Shown: positions 43,948-50,141 of the stretch, piece after piece | Layout: the number at the start of each line of letters is the position of its first letter | Position numbering within the stretch: position 1 is the first letter of the stretch | The notes under the pieces: model-generated | Told to the model about the DNA's origin: nothing | The model's database searches: none | The model's input: only the letters and a program-made list of their open reading frames with translations | Program-made: the position numbers and the translations under genes | DNA from: Candidatus Woesearchaeota archaeon | GTDB lineage: Archaea > Nanobdellota > Nanobdellia > Woesearchaeales > GW2011-AR9 | Length of the DNA: 59,217 nt | Direction of reading: 5' to 3' | Assembly: GCA_043797205.1 (NCBI GenBank) | Contig: JAZDQB010000014.1 | Span: 1 to 59,217 of the forward strand

Positions 43948-44586
43948 ATGGGGTTAACTCCACAAAAAGCAGAGTTGATAGGTGCACACGCTGGTGATGG
44001 TACTTTGTATCAAACTTGGAAAAACACTTTTGTTTGGGAATTAAGGGGCGCACTTGAAGAGAAGGAATATTACTTAAATAATATCTGTCCATTACTAAAG
44101 GACATATTTCGGCTTGAGATAATCTCAAAATTTCGAAGTGGTGGTGCTCACGGAGTTTGGGGCGTTCAAACCACCAAAAAAGAGATAATTCATTTTTTCT
44201 TAGAGTGGGGATTTAATCCGGGGAGTAAGACTTATTCCGTTACTGTGCCAGAATACATTTTCAGTTCTAGCGCTTTGATTAAAAGAGCTTTTGTTCGTGG
44301 TTTGTTTGATACGGATGGTTGTTTAAGATTTGATCGAATTAATAAAACCGTAAATCGAGAATATCCTCGGATTGAATTTGGTTTTGCTTCCATTGCATTA
44401 AGAGATTCTCTTAAAAAATTGTTAGGAGAGTTAGGTTTTAACTCTTTTATTTGGAATGATAAGAGTAATTATCGTCTTTGCGTTCCTGGAAAAAATAATT
44501 TGGAAAAGTGGATTAATGAGATTGAACCAAAGAACCCGAAACATTTAAAAAAGTACTATATTTGGAAGGAAAAGGGTTGTTATTAA
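43948..44586 (+). CDS. LAGLIDADG-family homing endonuclease (double-motif, free-standing)
   Basis: Two motifs are present, LIGAHAGDGTL and VRGLFDTDGCL. The stop codon ends 1 nt before the tRNA 5' end. Confidence 0.75.
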   Translation: MGLTPQKAELIGAHAGDGTLYQTWKNTFVWELRGALEEKEYYLNNICPLLKDIFRLEIISKFRSGGAHGVWGVQTTKKEIIHFFLEWGFNPGSKTYSVTVPEYIFSSSALIKRAFVRGLFDTDGCLRFDRINKTVNREYPRIEFGFASIALRDSLKKLLGELGFNSFIWNDKSNYRLCVPGKNNLEKWINEIEPKNPKHLKKYYIWKEKGCY

Positions 44587-44587
44587 T

Positions 44588-44769
44588 GCCACGGTGGCAC
44601 AATCTGGTAATGCGCAGACACTTCAACGTGGCGTTGGATTGCTAGGTTTTGCGTCTGTTCGATAATGCATAAGCTGAAAATGAGAACAGAATCCGCGCAG
44701 ATATCCTGTCCCTTTGGGATTCCCGGTTCAAATGCAAACAAAAATTGCTTGAAAGTCCGGGCCGTGGCG
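44588..44769 (+). tRNA. tRNA gene with multiple introns (182 nt); isotype unresolved, and Lys(UUU) is possible only under a 32/33 intron model
   Basis: Acceptor is GCCACGG/CCGTGGC with discriminator G, the D-arm is GCAC-AATCTGGTA-ATGC, and the T-stem is CCCGG/CCGGG. A 23-nt intron (44733-44755) sits in the T-loop within a clean helix-bulge-helix-bulge motif. About 85 further extra nucleotides lie between the D-arm and the T-arm. Confidence 0.7.
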
Positions 44770-44872
44770 TATTTTTCTTTTATAGATTTAGTCTATTAAC
44801 TTTAGTGTACTTGGTAACGAAAACTTTCTTATAAGTAAATTATTTAAAGAGCAGAATAATCTTCCATCTAAG

Positions 44873-45271
44873 ATGAAGTTTAATCTATCTGCATTAAAAA
44901 AATTGTCTCAGAAACACAATCTTAAGCTGTTGGTGGCTTTTGGTTCTCAGATTAGTGGTAAGATTCATAAAGAAAGTGATTTAGATTTGGCTTTCTTTCC
45001 GAATGGAAATGTTGATGAAGAAAAGTTGTACCAAGATTTAGTTCACTTGTTTAAGAAGGCCGATATTGATTTAATAAACTTGGCCACCACCCACAATCAG
45101 ATTCTCCGTTTTAAAATCCTTAATTCTGGAAAAATTCTTTACGAAGAGGAGACAGGGATTAAAAGTACAATGGAATGGCAGAGTTATTTTGATTATTGCG
45201 ACTTTAAGAAGTATTTTGATTTGCGCAGTTCTATTCTTGACAAGAAAATTGGTGAGATGATTCATGGATAA
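44873..45271 (+). CDS. mntA: MNT-type nucleotidyltransferase antitoxin
   Basis: LLVAFGSQISGKIHKESDLDLAFF. Confidence 0.75.
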   Translation: MKFNLSALKKLSQKHNLKLLVAFGSQISGKIHKESDLDLAFFPNGNVDEEKLYQDLVHLFKKADIDLINLATTHNQILRFKILNSGKILYEEETGIKSTMEWQSYFDYCDFKKYFDLRSSILDKKIGEMIHG

Positions 45272-45671
45272 GATAATTATCGAGAGCAAGATTAGTTCTT
45301 TGCTCACTTTGTTGGAAAAGCTGAAAGGTATTCTTAAAGAGTACGAAACAAATAAAACCTTAAAGGAGATTATTTTTTATGCTGCAGAAAAGAAAGCAGA
45401 AGAAATTGTGGAACTAGCTATTTCCATTAATCAGGAATTGCTGAGGGAAAAAGGAAAAACAAGTTTAAGCTATTATGACAGTTTCATAGATTTAAAGGTG
45501 TTTAAGTCTTTTTCCGAATCGGAGCTGAAGGAATTAGCCAGTACCGCCGGATTTAGGAACAGGTTGGCTCACGAATATTTGGAAGTTAATGAAGAGATTG
45601 CCGTAAGATCGATGAAGAATCTTCTAAGGATCTATCCTCCTTACCTGCAGAAGGTAAAAAAGCTTCTTTAA
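45264..45671 (+). CDS. hepT: HepT (DUF86) HEPN-domain toxin
   Basis: The R-x4-H motif is FRNRLAHEY. It overlaps the MNT gene by 8 nt. Confidence 0.75.
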   Translation: MDKIIIESKISSLLTLLEKLKGILKEYETNKTLKEIIFYAAEKKAEEIVELAISINQELLREKGKTSLSYYDSFIDLKVFKSFSESELKELASTAGFRNRLAHEYLEVNEEIAVRSMKNLLRIYPPYLQKVKKLL

Positions 45672-45732
45672 GGCACCGATGCATTTATAAATAAAATAAA
45701 CTTACTTCCTCTTAAAAGTAAGGTGTAATTAG

Positions 45733-48198
45733 ATGGACCTAGATCGGCACAAAATCTGGCTAGTGGTAGGTGTAATTGTAGTGGTGGTAGCGCTAGTCTT
45801 AGGGTTATTATATTTCTCTGGTTTTAAAGAAGCAGTGGTGGGGCAAGGAAGCTTTTCAGGGGTTCCTAAACCTATTCCTAAACCCATTTATGGGGATCAG
45901 TTTCCTATTGATAATTTTCTACAGAAAGAGAATCTTAGTTCTTGCAAGAGTTTCGGCTGGGTTAGCGGAACGATTTATACTTTGAATCAGTCTATTTCTT
46001 TTAATAAGTCCGGTGAGTCTTGTATGGTAATTGATGCCGACAATGTAGTTCTTGATTGTCAGGGACATTCAATCCGTTTTATCAGTTCAGCGAGCTCTGT
46101 CGCAATCAAATTATGGTCTAAAAATAATTTCTTCCTTCAGAATTGTAATATTACTGGATTTAGAGGAGGAATAGATATGTATAATTCTTCTGGAAACATG
46201 ATTCGAAACAATTTTTTTGAAACTACTGAATCTGGTGTTAATGGTCAAACTAAAAGTAATAGTTTTACTTTGTTTAACAATAGTTTTAAATCAAATAAAT
46301 ATGGGGTGAAGGTTGAGAGTTCTACTGCCGTAAATGTTCTTAATAATACCTTCCGATTTAATAAAATTGGTGGTTTGTATTTTACAAAAATAATCAATAG
46401 TTCTATTCAAGGAAACTCTTTTTCTGATGGTGAGGGCGATGGTATTTATTTGGAATTAACCAATTCTACTTTGATTTCTTTTAATAACATTACTAAAAAA
46501 GTGTATGGGGTAAAGAGCATAAAATCCCATAATAATATCTTTGTGAATAATATCGTTAATTATAATCTCATCCCGGGAGGAGGAGGAACAGGTTTTTACT
46601 TAGAGAAGTCTGATAACAACAATATTAGTGGTAACATTGCTAAACATAACGGGCGAATCGACTTTAATTGTAGTCTTTCTTCTGGAAATTATGGAACCAA
46701 TAACGATTTTACTTTTGCCGAATCTTGTGGGGGTTGGCCCAATCAGCCTTTCACTCCTATTGATTCTTGTGATACTTCTTATGATTTAGGTTCATCAGGA
46801 GGTAAACAGACTTTAATCAATATTAAACTCTCTAATAAAACATACGTTCTGACTGAAAACCTTTCTACTCAGATTACTCCTTGTTTTACGGTTGGAGCGA
46901 ATAATCTTATTTTGGACTGTCAGGGACATAGTATCGGTGGGTTAGGGACCGGCTTAGATATTAAAAATCAGCACGATATACTTGTACAAAATTGTGTTTT
47001 TAAAGGGATGGGGATTTCAGCGGAGGATTCTAAAAACCTTTATTTTTACAATAATTCTTTTAATACTGCCGGAATATCTCTCACTCGGGTTACACCAAGT
47101 TATATTGTTTCTAATTCTTTTGCCGATATGGGAATGTCTATTAGTTTGAATAATATAGGGGGTGCGCTTATTTCCAAAAATTATTTTGTTAATCCTAATA
47201 TCGGGATTTATGTGAAGAGTTCTAATAATTCTCTGATTACCAGTAATACTTTTATAAATGTCAGCCAACGAGGAATTCATCTATTTGAGACAACTTTATT
47301 TTTTATATTAGGGAACAACATTGTAAATCAAGTTCCTCTCCCCCTTCTTACTTCATCAATAACTCCAGAACGAACTTATGGGGTTTTTCTCCAAGATTCT
47401 TTTAAAAATGTGTTGGGTTTAAACACTATTTTGGGGTATGTGATAGGGATATCGTTTGGAACACCTATGGAAGGTAAGGATTATGACACTTCTAATTTTA
47501 ATGTGGTAGCTAATAATTCTGCTTGTGGTAACCGAGATGCGGATTTTTATTGCGGTATAGATCGTAGTTTAATTGGTAATAATGGAACAGGTAATCTATT
47601 TGATCAGGTTATTCCTTGTGCTTCTGGTAATTTTCAATGGCCTCGCGAGAATTCTGATTATAAAAATTGTACCATTAACTTCGGAGCGTTTGGTTCGTTG
47701 AACTATTCTACTGATTATGTTCCTCAGGGGACTGGTGACGGTATAATAACTGTCGGCAATTTAACTGATTTGTTAGACAGTGAAGGAAGTACGGAGAGTT
47801 GTCTGCCTTATGGGGATGTCTATAAGGACAACCTACTTGATACTAAAGATTTGTCCGTGCTCCAGTTAATTTTACAAATTCAAACTGATACTACTTGTGG
47901 TGCAGTCGGACAAAATTATTGCTACGTGTCAAAGGCTTACGTTTGCAAGAATGGCATAGTTAAACAAACAATCGAGAGCGATGAAACTTGTCAAGACAAT
48001 TCTTGTACGCCCTTGGGCGATGTTATGAAAGATGGGAAACTCGATACTAAAGATTTGTCCGTATTACAATTAATCCTTCAAATTCAAACGGATACTACTT
48101 GTGGCGCAACGGAACAAGATTATTGCTACGTGTCTAAGGCTTACGTCTGCAAAAATGGTATCGTGAAACAAACAATCGGGAGTGGTGAAAAATGTTAA
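45733..48198 (+). CDS. large secreted protein with a signal-anchor leader, two right-handed parallel beta-helix (PbH1) repeat blocks and two C-terminal dockerin-like plus Cys-knot repeats
   Basis: Many N-x-[IVL]-x-x-N-x-F and 'GIxL..S.NN.I..N' repeats are present, and CQGHSI occurs twice. The dockerin-like segments are GDVYKDNLLDTKDLSVLQLIL and GDVMKDGKLDTKDLSVLQLIL. N-x-S/T sequons are very dense. Confidence 0.65.
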   Translation: MDLDRHKIWLVVGVIVVVVALVLGLLYFSGFKEAVVGQGSFSGVPKPIPKPIYGDQFPIDNFLQKENLSSCKSFGWVSGTIYTLNQSISFNKSGESCMVIDADNVVLDCQGHSIRFISSASSVAIKLWSKNNFFLQNCNITGFRGGIDMYNSSGNMIRNNFFETTESGVNGQTKSNSFTLFNNSFKSNKYGVKVESSTAVNVLNNTFRFNKIGGLYFTKIINSSIQGNSFSDGEGDGIYLELTNSTLISFNNITKKVYGVKSIKSHNNIFVNNIVNYNLIPGGGGTGFYLEKSDNNNISGNIAKHNGRIDFNCSLSSGNYGTNNDFTFAESCGGWPNQPFTPIDSCDTSYDLGSSGGKQTLINIKLSNKTYVLTENLSTQITPCFTVGANNLILDCQGHSIGGLGTGLDIKNQHDILVQNCVFKGMGISAEDSKNLYFYNNSFNTAGISLTRVTPSYIVSNSFADMGMSISLNNIGGALISKNYFVNPNIGIYVKSSNNSLITSNTFINVSQRGIHLFETTLFFILGNNIVNQVPLPLLTSSITPERTYGVFLQDSFKNVLGLNTILGYVIGISFGTPMEGKDYDTSNFNVVANNSACGNRDADFYCGIDRSLIGNNGTGNLFDQVIPCASGNFQWPRENSDYKNCTINFGAFGSLNYSTDYVPQGTGDGIITVGNLTDLLDSEGSTESCLPYGDVYKDNLLDTKDLSVLQLILQIQTDTTCGAVGQNYCYVSKAYVCKNGIVKQTIESDETCQDNSCTPLGDVMKDGKLDTKDLSVLQLILQIQTDTTCGATEQDYCYVSKAYVCKNGIVKQTIGSGEKC
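47800..48195 (+). repeat. tandem duplication (2 units, period 204 bp) encoding a dockerin-like EF-hand segment plus a 4-Cys module
   Basis: Unit 1 is 47800-48003 and unit 2 is 48004-48195. Long nucleotide runs are near-identical, for example gatactaaagatttgtccgt and attgctacgtgtc/taaggcttacgt. Confidence 0.85.
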
Positions 48199-49349
48199 CT
48201 AAAAAAATTATGTTTTTATCTTTATTACTCGTGCTCTGTGCCTCTTTAGTCTTTGCAGAAAACGTAGTATTTAATATCGTTGCCCCAGACAGTGTTGTGG
48301 TAAATTCTTTCTTTGATGTTAATGTTACATTAAACATTCCTAATTCTATTCCCATCTCCGCGGCAGATATCATTATAAAACCAAATAATACGAATATTGA
48401 GATCTCTTCTGCAACTTCTGGAAAAATGTTTGATCCAACACCCGTAACTCCCGTATCCGTAAAAAATGGTAATGGATGGAATTATGCTGAAGTTGAAACA
48501 CAATCCAACAAGGCTGTATCTGGGAATAATAAACTATTTGTTACATTAAAAGTTAAAGCAAATACTGCCGGTTCAGTCGTGGTTAGTTTCGATAAAGCGG
48601 TAGCTCAAGACACTTTAAATGATGTGTTCGGTGGAGATAGAACCACTACTTCTACCTTTAAAACCATCACCATTACTTCTGCCGATACTCCTCCCGTTCC
48701 TGCTGGTGCTATTACTGCTATTAACTGTACTCAGAAAGGCAATTGGAACAATATTAGTTGTCTAGGTCAAGCTTGTGACAGTAATCCTTCACATAATGTT
48801 ACTCGGAGTTATCTTCTTCCGGACGAACAGTCCAAGAAAGATGGTAAAATTTATGGTTCTCGAAACGGATGTTGCGCGAAAGGAGAATGTGGTTCTGGAA
48901 GTCAGAGTTGTGCTTCAGCGGGATATGTTGTGTCTTCTGGTTCTTTAAACGGTACTATTTGTTCTAACTCTGATTGGTGGGTATGCAATTCTTCTCTGAA
49001 AAATACATTTACTTCTGATAATAAATACACATGTAATGGTACAGTGTGGGTTGCTTATATCACTCCCCAAGATACGGAGATTCAAGTAGATTCTATGAGA
49101 ATGTATGTTTTTTTACAGGCGGTTAATATTAATTTTACAAATAAATCTCTTAAAGAATATGCTACTATCGCTTCAGCTTTGAAAACTTACTTTAATACTG
49201 ATGATGTTTCCTATAAAGGGAAATTACTCATTAAACTCGAAAAGAAGGCTCTATTAGGATCTATCCAAACAATTTTAATTAGCTCTAATTTGAACTCCCT
49301 GCAAAAAGTATCTAAAATAGCGTACTTATTGACCCAATATTACCCCTAA
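48192..49349 (+). CDS. secreted protein with an N-terminal cohesin-like beta-sandwich and a Cys-rich C-terminal region
   Basis: The signal peptide ends LVFAEN. FFDVNVTLNIPNSIPISAADIIIKPNNTNIEISS and NNKLFVTLKVKANTAGSVVVSF follow the cohesin-type pattern. Confidence 0.5.
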   Translation: MLTKKIMFLSLLLVLCASLVFAENVVFNIVAPDSVVVNSFFDVNVTLNIPNSIPISAADIIIKPNNTNIEISSATSGKMFDPTPVTPVSVKNGNGWNYAEVETQSNKAVSGNNKLFVTLKVKANTAGSVVVSFDKAVAQDTLNDVFGGDRTTTSTFKTITITSADTPPVPAGAITAINCTQKGNWNNISCLGQACDSNPSHNVTRSYLLPDEQSKKDGKIYGSRNGCCAKGECGSGSQSCASAGYVVSSGSLNGTICSNSDWWVCNSSLKNTFTSDNKYTCNGTVWVAYITPQDTEIQVDSMRMYVFLQAVNINFTNKSLKEYATIASALKTYFNTDDVSYKGKLLIKLEKKALLGSIQTILISSNLNSLQKVSKIAYLLTQYYP

Positions 49350-49474
49350 AGATAGATATAACTTAAAAAAGACTGCTGTTAACAAAAATGGACAAGCGTA
49401 CACGAAAGTGGACAGTATCGGATTAGAGGTAACTTAATAAACCCCAAAATAATCTTTAGCTTAAAAGGAGAAAG

Positions 49475-49783
49475 ATGAAGAAAAACAACTCACAGAAACT
49501 TAAGGAATTGAAAGGCATAACTAAAATAGTGATTCCTCTCTTAAAAAAGAACGGGGTGAGGAAGGCGGGAATTTTTGGCTCTTATGTTCGAGGCGAACAA
49601 AATAAAGAGAGTGATGTAGACCTGTTGGTCCAGCTGCCTAAAGGGAGCAGTTTATTGGATTTAGTGGGGTTGGAAAGAGAATTAGAAATAATGTTAAGGA
49701 AAAAAGTAGACTTATTAACTTATAATGGAATAAATCATCGGCTTAAGGGGATAATTCTCAAAGAAGAGGTGCGGATCATATGA
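49475..49783 (+). CDS. mntA: MNT-type nucleotidyltransferase antitoxin
   Basis: GIFGSYVRGEQNKESDVDLLV. Confidence 0.8.
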   Translation: MKKNNSQKLKELKGITKIVIPLLKKNGVRKAGIFGSYVRGEQNKESDVDLLVQLPKGSSLLDLVGLERELEIMLRKKVDLLTYNGINHRLKGIILKEEVRII

Positions 49784-50124
49784 ACAAAGAACCAAGAATC
49801 TTCTTAGAGCACATCATGGAAGCGGTGAATCTGGTAGAGTCCTTTACTCGGAATGGTCCTAAAGAGAAATTCTTCAAAGACAAACTTGTCCAAAGTGGAG
49901 TGATTCGCCAGATGGAAGTTATTGGTGAAGCGGTTAAGAATCTACCCCTAGATTTTGTGAACAGATATCCTCAAGTTCCTTGGGGCAACATCGCCAAGAT
50001 GAGAGATAAGTTAATCCATAATTATTTTGGGGTAAACTTGGAAATCACGTATAAGGTAGTTAAAGAAGAACTGCCTAAATTAAAAGAGCAAGTGTCTAAA
50101 ATATTAAAAGAATTGTCCTCATAA
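49780..50124 (+). CDS. hepT: HepT (DUF86) HEPN-domain toxin
   Basis: The R-x4-H motif is MRDKLIHNYFGV. It has an ATGA overlap with the MNT gene. Confidence 0.8.
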   Translation: MNKEPRIFLEHIMEAVNLVESFTRNGPKEKFFKDKLVQSGVIRQMEVIGEAVKNLPLDFVNRYPQVPWGNIAKMRDKLIHNYFGVNLEITYKVVKEELPKLKEQVSKILKELSS

Positions 50125-50141
50125 AATAAAAAAAGAGAAAG

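Noticed and set aside
44615-44711. Reading the multi-intron tRNA as an opal suppressor or Sec-like tRNA (loop CUUCAAC, anticodon UCA), or as Ile-GAU (loop UCGAUAA).
   Set aside because: The UCA model needs a mismatched stem (AGACA/TGTCC), wrong spacing after the D-stem, a 10-nt variable region and no Sec-type 9/4 architecture. The GAU model needs C33 and four introns. Neither is supportable by eye.
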